From: Alphaproteobacteria bacterium
GTDB taxonomy: Bacteria > Pseudomonadota > Alphaproteobacteria > Micavibrionales > UBA2020
DNA: 64,000 bases
Reading direction: 5' to 3'
Assembly: GCA_025934695.1 (NCBI GenBank)
Contig: JAICWS010000001.1
Location: 151,301-215,300 of the forward strand
The position numbers and the translations under genes are program-made. Under the pieces are notes generated by a model. The model saw only the letters and a list, made by a program, of their open reading frames with translations. It ran no database searches and was not told where the DNA came from. Shown here piece after piece: positions 42,936 through 52,400 of this stretch (position 1 is the first letter of the stretch; every line of letters begins with the position of its first letter).

Positions 42936-45029
42936 TTGAACAAGTGGCTTACATTATTCGCAAATCAGCTCCTGGCCCAGCGCGACAGGTGGGTATTGTG
43001 GCTGCCCGTGCCTTTGGGATGCGGCATCCTCCTTTATTTCAATCTCAAATCCGAACCGTCGCCATATGTCGGCGGGACGGCCCTTGCGGTGGTGGGATTG
43101 GTCGCGGCGGCCTTTCACAGGAACCGCGTTTTTCTTTACGGCTGGCTAGTGGTATTCCTCGTCGTGCTCGGCTTCACGGCGGCACAAGTGCGGACTTGGT
43201 ATGTCCAGGCGCCGATGCTCTACAAAAAGACCTATCCGCTGGTGCTCGAGGGAACCGTCGCCTACACCGACCCGCTGCCGAGATCCTATCGCGTTGTGCT
43301 CAAGGATATCACCGTCACCGAAGGCGACATCCGTCAGACTGAGCTGCCCAAACTAGTGCGCGTCAAGCTCAAGCCCAATGACACGGCGGAGCCGGTCGGT
43401 GGCGACGTCGTTTCCGTCCGGGCGGTGTTGCAGCCAATCTCCGCGCCCGTGCTGCCCGGCGCCTTCGACTTCCAGCGATTTGCGTTTTTCGAGCAGCTGG
43501 GGGCCACCGGGTATGCCCTCGGCGATCTCACCATCATCAAGCCGCATGTGGAAGGTTTTGTTTTCGACCGCCTGCGCCGCTATATCCGCGAACATATCGA
43601 GGCTTCTGTGCCCGACAAGGAGGATGCAGCGCTCATCACCGCCTTCATGGTCGGTGACAGCAATGGGATTTCGCAGCAGACCTGGGATATCTGCCGCAAA
43701 TCCGGCATCGCGCACCTGATCGCCATTTCCGGCTCGCACTTCGTCATGATCGGCGGCTGGCCTTTCTTCCTCATCCGCGCGCTGCTGGCGGCGATTCCGT
43801 TTATCGCGCTGCGCTGGCCGATCAAGAAGATCGCCGCCGCTTTCGCCATCGCGACCTCGGTGTTCTACATGATGCTCATCGGCTCGCCCATTCCGGCACA
43901 GCGCGCGGTGTTGTCGGTCTCGGCGGTGATGGTGGCGATCATGCTGGACCGCGACCCGTTCACGTTGCGGCTTGCGTCCTTTTCCGCGCTCGCCATTTTA
44001 TTGTTCGAGCCGGAAAGCCTTTTAGGCGCAAGTTTCGAACTGTCCTACGCCGCCGTCATCTGCCTGATCGCCTTTTATGAAATGACGCGCGGCTGGTGGC
44101 AGGAACGCTTCCGTGACGAGAACCTGGTGCGGCGATACGGTTCTTATCTATTAGCCTGCGTCGTGACGACGGGCGTCGCGAGCCTCGCTACGGGACCTTT
44201 CGCGCTTTACCATTTCGCACGCATGCCGCTGCTGGCGGGGCTCGTCGCCAATATGATCGCGGTGCCGCTGTCATCCATCCTGACCTTTCCGGTCGGCTTG
44301 TTCGCCTGCCTGATGATGCCTTTCGGACTCGAAAAATGGCCGCTGTGGGTGACGCAGAAGAGCCTCGACCTTATCCTCGCCGTGGCCAAGGTGACGGCCG
44401 ATTGGGAATATGGCTCATGGCGCGGCGGCGCGGTGCCCGCCTGGTTCCTCGCGCCCATTGCCATCGGCGGTCTTTGGATATGCTTCTGGCGCGGCAGGAT
44501 GCGGGCCTTCGGCGTCATTCCGCTCGCGATAGCGGCGGGGTTGCTGTGCTTCGTGCAGAAACCGGACGTGCTGGCGGCGGATTTCGGTGATCTTTTCGCG
44601 GTGCGCAGCGCGGACGGGAAACTGCTGTTCTCCTCCGACCGGCGCGGCAAATTCGTGCGTAACGAATGGCTGCAACTCGAAGGCGCCAGCGACGATTACG
44701 ACGTCTGGCCGGGCGAAGGCCAAGCGGGAGGGTTAATGACCTGCGACGCCACTTCCTGCGAATACAAGACGAAGGGGCAGAGCATTTCGTTTGTCCTCGC
44801 GCCGGAAGGACTGACGGCGGCCTGCACGAGATCCGTGCTTGTCTTCAGCCATCTCGACCTCGGTGGGGAGACCTGCGCCGCGCCGCTGAAAGACAAGTGG
44901 AAGCTTTACCATTCCGGCGCGGAGGCCGTGTACATGAAGCCCGAAGGGCTGCGCGTCGTCAGCGTGACGGATGAGCGTGGGAGCAGGCCCTGGACGTTGC
45001 CGAAAAGATCCTGGCAGAACAATGACTGA
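42936..45029 (+). CDS. comEC: ComEC/Rec2-family membrane protein
   Basis: 697 aa, polytopic. SGIAHLIAISGSHF competence-domain motif. TTG start uncertain. Confidence 0.8.
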   Translation: MNKWLTLFANQLLAQRDRWVLWLPVPLGCGILLYFNLKSEPSPYVGGTALAVVGLVAAAFHRNRVFLYGWLVVFLVVLGFTAAQVRTWYVQAPMLYKKTYPLVLEGTVAYTDPLPRSYRVVLKDITVTEGDIRQTELPKLVRVKLKPNDTAEPVGGDVVSVRAVLQPISAPVLPGAFDFQRFAFFEQLGATGYALGDLTIIKPHVEGFVFDRLRRYIREHIEASVPDKEDAALITAFMVGDSNGISQQTWDICRKSGIAHLIAISGSHFVMIGGWPFFLIRALLAAIPFIALRWPIKKIAAAFAIATSVFYMMLIGSPIPAQRAVLSVSAVMVAIMLDRDPFTLRLASFSALAILLFEPESLLGASFELSYAAVICLIAFYEMTRGWWQERFRDENLVRRYGSYLLACVVTTGVASLATGPFALYHFARMPLLAGLVANMIAVPLSSILTFPVGLFACLMMPFGLEKWPLWVTQKSLDLILAVAKVTADWEYGSWRGGAVPAWFLAPIAIGGLWICFWRGRMRAFGVIPLAIAAGLLCFVQKPDVLAADFGDLFAVRSADGKLLFSSDRRGKFVRNEWLQLEGASDDYDVWPGEGQAGGLMTCDATSCEYKTKGQSISFVLAPEGLTAACTRSVLVFSHLDLGGETCAAPLKDKWKLYHSGAEAVYMKPEGLRVVSVTDERGSRPWTLPKRSWQNND

Positions 45030-45111
45030 CCGGAGCTGCCATTGCCTTTTTCCACTTGATTGCGTTATGTAAATCATGCTATAGCTGGCGCTGCAGTCCA
45101 GAGAGCGCCAT

Positions 45112-45717
45112 ATGCCGGATAAGCAGAAGAAACCCGTTTTGATTACCGTCAGCGGCCTGACCGGGTCGGGCAAATCCACGACCGCACGGGCGCTCGCCGC
45201 GGCGCTTCCCAATACCGTCCACATCGACAGCGATGAAACGCGCAAGGAAATCTTTGGTGTCCCGGCGACGCAAAAACTGCCGCCCGAAGCCTATACGCAT
45301 GAAGCGACCCTCAAGCTGATCATCGAGACCGAGCGGCGCATCAGGGCGCATCTCGCCGCCGGACGGAACGTCGTCCAAAGCGTCATGCTGGTGAGCGAGG
45401 CTGCGCGGGACCGGCAGGAGGTAGTCGCCCTGGAGGCAAAGGCCGAGTTCCAGGGCATCTGGCTGAAATCGGATTTCAGGACGATGCACGACCGCGTGGC
45501 GGCGCGAAAGGGGGATGCCTCCGATGCCGGCACGGCTTATGTCGAGGAACAGGCGAGCTGGAATACAGGCGAAGTCGATTGGCCCATCGTCGACGCCAAC
45601 CAGCCGCGCGAAGATGTTCTGCGGGAAGCGCTCGATATCCTGCGGCCCTTGATCGCGCCGGCTCCGAGGCCGGCGCAAAAAGCAGGGCCGCCATCGCGGC
45701 CGGGAAGCGGCCTATGA
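45112..45717 (+). CDS. P-loop kinase-like ATPase (AAA_33-like)
   Basis: Walker A VSGLTGSGKST followed by HIDSDETRK. 201 aa. Confidence 0.6.
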   Translation: MPDKQKKPVLITVSGLTGSGKSTTARALAAALPNTVHIDSDETRKEIFGVPATQKLPPEAYTHEATLKLIIETERRIRAHLAAGRNVVQSVMLVSEAARDRQEVVALEAKAEFQGIWLKSDFRTMHDRVAARKGDASDAGTAYVEEQASWNTGEVDWPIVDANQPREDVLREALDILRPLIAPAPRPAQKAGPPSRPGSGL

Positions 45718-45765
45718 GCAACCCATCTATATCCGCAAGCCGCTGACGCTTGTCGGCAAGCGCTG

Positions 45766-46578
45766 TCAGGCAAGTGGAAGCTCTGAATCGCTGCGCGTCG
45801 CGCTGTCGTGGTGCCGGATGAGGGACGACAAGGCGCTATGGATGCTGGTCGTTCCCGCCGTGCCGATGAACCGGCAGACCGAATAGTTTTCGCTCAGCCC
45901 TTCATATGCGCCGCGCCATGTCTCGAAAGCGGACTGTGTTTCGCCTGTCTCGCGCGGATAACGGTTGGGCAGCGGCGCGCCGATGCGCCACGGCTTGGGG
46001 CTCAGGCGCGCGCGGAAACAATCCTGTTCCTTGCAGAGTTTCGTGTAAAGCTTGTCGCTGTTCAACTCAGACAGCCAGCCGAGGGTTTCGGCGCTGACCG
46101 ACAGCGGCGCGTGGGTAAAAATGTAACGCAGTCCGGCCTTGGTGTGATAGATGCGCGCGCCGACGGAAGGCCGCGCTTCCATGAACTGGCGCAGCTGCGC
46201 GACGGCCGCATCTTCGGCTTTCTGGCGCTTGGCGCCGCGCAGCCGCGCGAAGAAGCCCGGTTCAGGAATGTCGATGTCAGCAAAAAACATTTCTGTCGTA
46301 TTCATGATAAGGCAGCCCATGCGGTTGCGCGTGATGGCGCTCTTTTCGCCAATCGCGTTGATAAGTTCTTCGGGCACGTCGCGCAGGCCGTAGGTATATC
46401 CGGATGGGTCGCGGAGGTCGGAAAGCCGGTCTTTCAGCGCGCGCACCGCGCGTTCCGCGGCGCTTCTCGCTTCCGCAAGACTGGCATTGGAACCCGCCCA
46501 TTTCTTCAGCAGCAGCTTCTTGCCTTTGGCGTCTTCCGCCGGCAATTCGGCGCTGGCCCAATAATGAAAAACCCGCAT
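45766..46578 (-). CDS. hypothetical protein downstream of lexA (weak primase-polymerase-like motifs)
   Basis: 270 aa. FFADIDI (DxD-like), YHTKAGLRYIF, CFRARLSPKPWR. No family recognised with confidence. Confidence 0.55.
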   Translation of the reverse strand: MRVFHYWASAELPAEDAKGKKLLLKKWAGSNASLAEARSAAERAVRALKDRLSDLRDPSGYTYGLRDVPEELINAIGEKSAITRNRMGCLIMNTTEMFFADIDIPEPGFFARLRGAKRQKAEDAAVAQLRQFMEARPSVGARIYHTKAGLRYIFTHAPLSVSAETLGWLSELNSDKLYTKLCKEQDCFRARLSPKPWRIGAPLPNRYPRETGETQSAFETWRGAYEGLSENYSVCRFIGTAGTTSIHSALSSLIRHHDSATRSDSELPLA

Positions 46579-46582
46579 AAAA

Positions 46583-46617
46583 TTCTCCCCTTCATGCAGC
46601 CTAGCAGAAGGGGAGAA
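46583..46617 (-). terminator. perfect 11-bp hairpin after lexA that contains the SD of the next gene
   Basis: Minus-strand RNA reads UUCUCCCCUUC-N13-GAAGGGGAGAA-UUUU-AUG. The hairpin starts 16 nt after the lexA stop, and the AUG is the start of the 45766-46578 gene. Confidence 0.55.
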
Positions 46618-46633
46618 ACATCACAAATCGGCG

Positions 46634-47302
46634 TCAATAATTGCGGAACAGGCTGCGCAGCTTGCCCTGGATGCGGACGCGGCCGGGCGGGCGGCGGATG
46701 GGTTCATAGGCGTCGTTTTCCGGCATCAGCACCACGGAGCCGATTTCGCGGCGCAGGCGCTTGAGGGTGACTTCCTCTTCATCGACGAGGGCCACGACGA
46801 TGTCGCCGTCATTAGCGCGGTCGCAGGTCTCGATGATGACGATATCGCCATCCATAATGCCGGCCTTGATCATGGAATCGCCTTCAACGGTCAGGGCGTA
46901 GCAGGGCTGCATGCCAAGCATGCTCGGCGGCACCTGGATGGTATCGACCTCGTTACGCACGGCTTCGATGGGCGTGCCGGCGGCGATCTTGCCGTGGAGC
47001 GGCAGTGACACCAGCTCATTTGCGTTGGCGTTCGCGGGTTTGAAGTTGGGCCTGCTGGCCGAAGAGCGCGGCGCCATCGGCACCACGTTTTCTGGCAGCT
47101 TTTTGACCTCGAGCGCGCGCGCCTTGTTGGGCAGGCGCTCGAGGAAGCCGCGCTCGACCAGTGCGTTGATGAGGCGATGGATGCCGGACTTGGATTTCAG
47201 GTCCAGGCCGATTTTCATCTCCTCGAACGAGGGGGAAAGACCGGTTTTCTGGATGTAGTCATTGATAAATATAAGTAAATCGCGCTGTTTTCTTGTGAGC
47301 AT
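46634..47302 (-). CDS. lexA: LexA repressor
   Basis: MLTRKQRDLLIFI winged-helix N-terminus. Ala-Gly cleavage region (KIAAG). Ser/Lys peptidase domain (VEGDSM...GKL). GGGGGAG SD before ATG 47302. Confidence 0.95.
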   Translation of the reverse strand: MLTRKQRDLLIFINDYIQKTGLSPSFEEMKIGLDLKSKSGIHRLINALVERGFLERLPNKARALEVKKLPENVVPMAPRSSASRPNFKPANANANELVSLPLHGKIAAGTPIEAVRNEVDTIQVPPSMLGMQPCYALTVEGDSMIKAGIMDGDIVIIETCDRANDGDIVVALVDEEEVTLKRLRREIGSVVLMPENDAYEPIRRPPGRVRIQGKLRSLFRNY

Positions 47303-47336
47303 CTGAGACTCCCCCATAACAATCTATTCTCTCTTT

Positions 47337-47351
47337 GTTCTAATTTAGTTC
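47337..47351 (-). promoter_or_regulatory. alphaproteobacterial SOS box (GTTC-N7-GTTC)
   Basis: GTTCTAATTTAGTTC lies 35 nt upstream of the lexA start. It matches the direct-repeat LexA operator described for Rhodobacter and Rhizobium. Confidence 0.7.
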
Positions 47352-47465
47352 TGCCTCCCTGTCAATCCAAATCTTTGATGCCATGGGAAAGACATAGGAT
47401 TTTGGGACTGGTTTCGATGGATCAAAAACGTCATGATGAGTGCTCCAAAATAAGGTTTTCCTGCG

Positions 47466-48596
47466 ATGAAATTCCATTACCTGGCCCTGATCGCCATTCT
47501 CTTCGCCGCATTTCCGGCGCTCGCCAACAACGCTTACGGCCCCGACACGATAGAGTCGCGCACCGCCGGCGCACAGCCACGCGGCGATGATGCGAGCACG
47601 CCGGCAGCGAAACCCGCGGCACTGGCAACGGCGCCCACCAAAGAAGCAGCGGCGCCAGCCCCGACAAATGAGCCCGCGCCGAATATCATCTGGGGCGTCA
47701 TGCCCTCGACGCCGGAGAATGATCATCCCGAAATCTTTTCTTACGGCCTCGATTTAGGGCAGGGCGAGGCCCTGGCGCCGGGCGCCGACAAGCCCGTCGC
47801 GCCGGAGCTCGCACCCGCGCCCGTTCACGCGAAAAGCGGCAAACCGGTCATCGCGATCGTCATCGATGACATGGGCGTCGACCGCAAACATTCCGCCCGC
47901 GCGCTCAAATTGCCGCCCGCCGTGACGATGTCATATCTACCTTACAGCATCGACATCAAAGGCCAGACGGACGAGGCGAAGAAATCCGGGCACGAGTTGC
48001 TCGTGCATATGCCGATGCAGCCGGACCGCGCCTCGGCCGATCCGGGGCCGAACTATCTCGGCACCCAAATGTCGCCGCTCGAACTGCAGGAACGCATCGA
48101 GAAGAACCTGTCCGCATTTACCGGCTATGTCGGCATCAACAACCACATGGGCAGCAAATTCACCTGCGACAAAGAGGGCATGGAGATCGTCATGACCGCG
48201 CTCGAACAGCGCAAGCTGATGTTCCTCGACTCGCGCACCTCGCCCGCCACGGTCGCCGAGTCGACGGCGCGCGCGCATCACCTGAAGACGACGCACCGCG
48301 ACGTCTTCATCGACAACGACGAAAGCGCGAAAGCCGTTGCGGAATCGCTGACCCGCATTGAAAGCGTGGCCAAACATGCGGGTGCCGCGATTGCCATCGG
48401 CCATCCGAAGGAAGTCACGCTCGACGCGCTTGAGAAATGGCTTCCCACGCTGAAGGGCAAGGGCTTCGAGCTCGTTCCTATCAGCGATGTGATCAATCTG
48501 CGCAGCGCGGCTGCTGCCGCGCCGGCAAAGACTGCGGCTGCGCCGGAGGCGAAGCCCAGGACCGGCAAGACGCCTGAAATCAAAAAAGCGGATTGA
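47466..48596 (+). CDS. divergent polysaccharide deacetylase family protein (YibQ-like)
   Basis: Signal peptide, Ala/Pro-rich linker, then VIAIVIDDMG...HELLVHMPMQP...NNHMGS motifs. Confidence 0.8.
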   Translation: MKFHYLALIAILFAAFPALANNAYGPDTIESRTAGAQPRGDDASTPAAKPAALATAPTKEAAAPAPTNEPAPNIIWGVMPSTPENDHPEIFSYGLDLGQGEALAPGADKPVAPELAPAPVHAKSGKPVIAIVIDDMGVDRKHSARALKLPPAVTMSYLPYSIDIKGQTDEAKKSGHELLVHMPMQPDRASADPGPNYLGTQMSPLELQERIEKNLSAFTGYVGINNHMGSKFTCDKEGMEIVMTALEQRKLMFLDSRTSPATVAESTARAHHLKTTHRDVFIDNDESAKAVAESLTRIESVAKHAGAAIAIGHPKEVTLDALEKWLPTLKGKGFELVPISDVINLRSAAAAAPAKTAAAPEAKPRTGKTPEIKKAD

Positions 48597-48635
48597 GCTT
48601 TATTTACTGGATTTAGTCCCAAAAACCCGGGCGAA

Positions 48636-48674
48636 GCGAGGGATCGTCTAGGGGAGAGGGGAATAATCCCTCGC
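48636..48674. other. hairpin between convergent genes
   Basis: GCGAGGGAT-N21-ATCCCTCGC. Confidence 0.3.
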
Positions 48675-48711
48675 TCCGTCCGGTGTGGGATGGGCGTGAT
48701 AGAGGGGACCG

Positions 48712-49041
48712 TTACGCCCGGGAACCGTTGGCCACCAGCGCCGCGACGACCGCGCTCTGTCCTTTGGCCTGAAGCTCGTTCTGTTCTTTCGCGAGGGCCA
48801 CTTCCAGGGCCTCATGCAGATTCTCTGCCGTGCCTTCGCTGAAGATCAGCTTGTTCGTGCGCACATCGAGGAACGCATTGATGCCCCGCGTCTGGAGGAA
48901 ATGCACGTGCTGGGTGCATTGGCCGGCGACGATGCCGTCCCATTGCATCTGGCGGCCGAAATCGACGATGACCGGGCCTTGGTGGTGCGTGCAGACGAGG
49001 TTGAACAACATATTGAAATCATTGATGACGTTGGAAACCAT
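48712..49041 (-). CDS. hypothetical protein (109 aa)
   Basis: GAGG SD and its own promoter. No family recognised. Confidence 0.5.
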   Translation of the reverse strand: MVSNVINDFNMLFNLVCTHHQGPVIVDFGRQMQWDGIVAGQCTQHVHFLQTRGINAFLDVRTNKLIFSEGTAENLHEALEVALAKEQNELQAKGQSAVVAALVANGSRA

Positions 49042-49087
49042 GGGAGCCTCTTTTAAGGGATGCCGTTAATTCTTCCTTAATATTTTC

Positions 49088-49116
49088 ATAATACATTATT
49101 AACTTTTCCACGTCAA
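49088..49116 (-). promoter_or_regulatory. sigma70-type promoter
   Basis: -35 TTGACG (rc 49111-49116), 17-nt spacer, -10 TATTAT (rc 49088-49093). Confidence 0.45.
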
Positions 49117-49264
49117 TACAGGGGCTTGTCGCGCATGTGGTACAGACGAAGGGAAGCGCTTGGGAATGCGAATGATTTTCAGCCAAAGGCAATGAGGTTT
49201 GTTGCGTTGGGAAAAGCGCAAAAAACGACCAGGTGGAGGTCCATTAAGGAACGACTCGCAACCC

Positions 49265-49312
49265 GTCATCCCGGACCAGTGAGCGCGCCAGCGCGAACGC
49301 CGATCCGGGATC
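49265..49312. repeat. palindromic repeat unit GTCATCCCGGA...TCCGGGATC
   Basis: ATCCCGGA / TCCGGGAT arms around a 28-nt GC-rich loop. Confidence 0.5.
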
Positions 49313-49351
49313 CAGGAGTCATTTCAAATCGCGAAGCGATTTGTCGTTAAC

Positions 49352-49425
49352 GAGCGCCTTGTGGGCGAGTAAATGCTGGACCCCGGATCAGCGTTCGGCC
49401 TGCGGCCTCGCTTGTCCGGGGTGGC
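49352..49425. repeat. about 75-nt dispersed repeat, copy A
   Basis: GAGCGCCTTGTGGGCGAGTAAATGCTGGACCCCGGAT...TCGCTTGTCCGGGGTG. Compare 52735-52807. Confidence 0.6.
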
Positions 49426-49433
49426 AAGGTGCG

Positions 49434-50024
49434 TCAATACTCGTTGCTGCGCATCGAGTTCGTGCCACCGTTGCCCATGGGGCCGTTCGTGCAGGTGACG
49501 CAGGCGCCGCCGTTCTGGCTCGAGGATTCAACGGCCGAGAAGCTGCGCGAGCCCTTCGTCGTCACGACATTCTTCTGCTCGATGCTTTCCGTGTAAACGA
49601 CGCCGCCTTTGCCCGGCGGCTCCGCGCCGCCGGTGACGGGCGCGTTCTCGGGCTTCACGCCCAGTTTGTCGAGCGTGGCCGTCGTCGGATAGCCGTTCGC
49701 CTCGAGGCCGGCGGAAGTCTGGAAGCCCTGCATCGCTTCCTGCGTGCCGGGACCGAACTGCCCGTCGACAGGATTTTTGTAGAAGCCTTTTTCGGCCAGC
49801 TTGTTCTGAATTTCCTTCACATCATGGTTCGTCAGGCGCAGGTGCACGACGGTCGTGGAGCTGCTGGTGGCGGTCGCGGTCGGCGTCGACGCGGGTGCAG
49901 CAGCGGGAGCAGGGGCCGCGGCGGTCGTGTTCGTGTTCGTGTCGGACGCGGCATGCGCGGGCGCCGCGGCAAGCAGGCCGCAAACGGCGGTGGTGACAAG
50001 CAGGGACTTGAGAATTCGGGTCAT
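49434..50024 (-). CDS. secreted peptidoglycan-binding-domain protein
   Basis: Signal peptide MTRILKSLLVTTAVCGLLAAAPAHA after a GAGGAG SD. PG_binding_1-like IQNKLAEKGFYKNPVDGQFGPGTQEAMQGFQ. Confidence 0.75.
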   Translation of the reverse strand: MTRILKSLLVTTAVCGLLAAAPAHAASDTNTNTTAAAPAPAAAPASTPTATATSSSTTVVHLRLTNHDVKEIQNKLAEKGFYKNPVDGQFGPGTQEAMQGFQTSAGLEANGYPTTATLDKLGVKPENAPVTGGAEPPGKGGVVYTESIEQKNVVTTKGSRSFSAVESSSQNGGACVTCTNGPMGNGGTNSMRSNEY

Positions 50025-50185
50025 GGGTAACTCCTCTGAAATGGCCGGAGCCGGTTTTTGAAAATGCGAAAGCCGCGGACGATGCGGGGCGCGTATTTCC
50101 GCCGGCATTCATTGTAGCCAAAGAGGAGGATGATTTCTTCTGGTAGTTTTTTGATCTATGTCAAAAATGGGCTGGTTTCTGGCAA

Positions 50186-50713
50186 TTACTCGGCCGTCTG
50201 CAGCTGCTCTTGTTCCATCTGGCAGGCGCGGACATAGATATTCGCGCAGCCGTGCGCATCGGAAGCCGCATCGTGGTGGTCGAGCGGGATGTCCAGGTGC
50301 CTGCATACCGTCGACAGCTTGTGGTTCTCGAGATCCGGCCATTTCGCGCGCGACAGGTTGACGGTGCATATCCAGTCGAAGGCGGGCAACTCGATGCCGT
50401 AGTGCCAGGCGGTCGAATAAAGCACGTTCTTGTCGAACCGCGCGTTATGGGCGAGCAGCAGGCTCGCGCTTTCGAAATAGGGCGCCATCTCGGGCCAGAC
50501 GCCGTCGAACTGCGGCTTGCCGACAAGATCCTGCGCCGTGATGCCGTGGATGTCGACGAAGTCTTTGCGGATATAGATGGTCTTGCCCGGCGGACGGAAC
50601 AGCCACGAGCGCGTCTCAATGACCTTGTTGTCCTTGATGCGCGAAATGCCCAGCGCGATCGCGCTATGCGCCGCGTAATAGGCCGTTTCGAAGTCGATGG
50701 CCGTGACGTACAT
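50186..50713 (-). CDS. DEDDh 3'-5' exonuclease (DnaQ/epsilon-like)
   Basis: AIDFET, LLLAHNARFDKNVL, HHDAASDA motifs. Confidence 0.85.
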   Translation of the reverse strand: MYVTAIDFETAYYAAHSAIALGISRIKDNKVIETRSWLFRPPGKTIYIRKDFVDIHGITAQDLVGKPQFDGVWPEMAPYFESASLLLAHNARFDKNVLYSTAWHYGIELPAFDWICTVNLSRAKWPDLENHKLSTVCRHLDIPLDHHDAASDAHGCANIYVRACQMEQEQLQTAE

Positions 50714-50781
50714 TTCTTTCCCCGGATTGAGTTATGAAACCCAATTCATCACTAATCGAGGTGGAGCGCAAGAACGAATTG

Positions 50782-51285
50782 TCAAAGCTTGTCGAATTCC
50801 GGCGCGTAGCGGACGGTGCCGCTTTTGCCCTTTAGCGCGCCGGCGCGCAGCTCCCGGACGAAGAAGTATTTTTCGCCGCCGGGATAAATGCAGCCGACGC
50901 TGAACTGCCGCGCCGGAAGGAACCCGAAACGCGGGTAATATTTATCGCTGCCGAGGACGAAGATGGCGCCAATGTGGCGTACTCTCATCTCCTCGATCCC
51001 GGCCTCGATCAGTGCCTGGCCGATGCCCTGGCGCCGGTGGGCGGACGCGACCGCGAGCGGCGCGAGGCCGATTGTTCCTTCCCAGGACATCGGGCTGAAG
51101 CCGATATGACCGATAATATCACTCCCAGCGGAGGCCACGAGCGAGAGGGCAAGATTTCCGCTCGCGCGCAGATCATTGATGAGACGCGCTTCTCCATCCT
51201 TGCCGAAGGCATCGCGGACAAGCGCGTGAATGGCAGGGATATCCGCAGGCTCTTCCTTGCGGATCACCATTGGATTTTTAAGCAA
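50782..51285 (-). CDS. GNAT-family N-acetyltransferase
   Basis: [15 protein letters not shown] acetyl-CoA motif. Overlaps the kdsA stop by 8 nt. Confidence 0.8.
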   Translation of the reverse strand: MLKNPMVIRKEEPADIPAIHALVRDAFGKDGEARLINDLRASGNLALSLVASAGSDIIGHIGFSPMSWEGTIGLAPLAVASAHRRQGIGQALIEAGIEEMRVRHIGAIFVLGSDKYYPRFGFLPARQFSVGCIYPGGEKYFFVRELRAGALKGKSGTVRYAPEFDKL

Positions 51286-52138
51286 CTTTCTTCTGCGCCG
51301 CGTAGGCTTGCGGCTTCACCACGCGGTCGAGGGCGAGAAGCTGCTCGAGGATCGCGGGCATGTCGGTGAACTTGACCATGTTGGGGCCGTCGGAAGGCGC
51401 CGTGTCGGGATTCTCATGCGTTTCCATGAAGACGGCCGCGCAGCCGACAGCGATGGCGCCGCGCGCGAGCGGAGGAACCATACGGCGATCTCCGCTGGTG
51501 GCCGTGCCGGCGCCGCCGGGTTGCTGGACCGAATGCGTCGCGTCGAAAACGACCGGATGGCCGGTTTCCGCCATGATGGGGAGCGCGCGCATATCGTTGA
51601 CGAGGGTGTTATATCCAAACGTCACGCCGCGCTCGCACAGCATCACGTTGGGGTTGCCGCTCTCGGTGATTTTCGCGGCGACGTTCTTCATGTCCCAGGG
51701 GGCCAGGAACTGGCCTTTCTTGACGTTGATGACCTTGCCGGTCTTCGCAGCGGCGATCAGCAGGTCGGTCTGGCGGCACAGGAACGCGGGGATCTGCAGC
51801 ACGTCGACGGCTTCGGCGACTTCCGCGCATTGCTCGGGCGCATGGATGTCGGTCACGACGGGGACTTTGAATTCCTTGCGGATGTCGGCGAGGATGGGGA
51901 GTGCTTTTTCAAGGCCCACGCCGCGACCCGCTTTCAGCGAGGTGCGGTTCGCCTTGTCGAACGAAGTTTTATAGATGAGGGGGATGCCCAGTTTCTGCGT
52001 CAGCTCTTTGAGCTTGCCCGACATCTCGAAAGCATGATCGCGGCACTCGAGCGCGCAGGGGCCGGCAATGAGCACGAACGGCAGGTCGTTGCCGATCTTG
52101 AAGTTGTGCAGGGAAATATGGTGCTGTTGCGTCGTCAT
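51278..52138 (-). CDS. kdsA: 3-deoxy-8-phosphooctulonate synthase
   Basis: 286 aa. [22 protein letters not shown]-like and [11 protein letters not shown] motifs. Confidence 0.94.
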   Translation of the reverse strand: MTTQQHHISLHNFKIGNDLPFVLIAGPCALECRDHAFEMSGKLKELTQKLGIPLIYKTSFDKANRTSLKAGRGVGLEKALPILADIRKEFKVPVVTDIHAPEQCAEVAEAVDVLQIPAFLCRQTDLLIAAAKTGKVINVKKGQFLAPWDMKNVAAKITESGNPNVMLCERGVTFGYNTLVNDMRALPIMAETGHPVVFDATHSVQQPGGAGTATSGDRRMVPPLARGAIAVGCAAVFMETHENPDTAPSDGPNMVKFTDMPAILEQLLALDRVVKPQAYAAQKKVA

Positions 52139-52258
52139 CGCGTGTTCTTCCTTTTTGCTTCGAATGATATGGGCATCATATGAGCAATTCCACCGAGCTC
52201 AATAGCATTTTCTTTAACATAATGCAATAGTGGGGTTTAGGGTGAATTTAACACCCAC

Positions 52259-52340
52259 CGTCATCCCCGCGAAAGCGGGGATCTCGCCGATGTCACGAGC
52301 GCGCGATGCCATCGGGATTCCCGCTTTCGCGGGAATGACG
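52259..52340. repeat. double-hairpin palindromic element (GTCAT...ATGAC family), copy 1
   Basis: CGTCATCCCCGCGAAAGCGGGGATC...GGGATTCCCGCTTTCGCGGGAATGACG. Confidence 0.65.
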
Positions 52341-52400
52341 CCTTGTGGAGAAAAGCGTTTTTATGTTGACCCCATGACTCGTCTGTGATTCCATAGGGAT

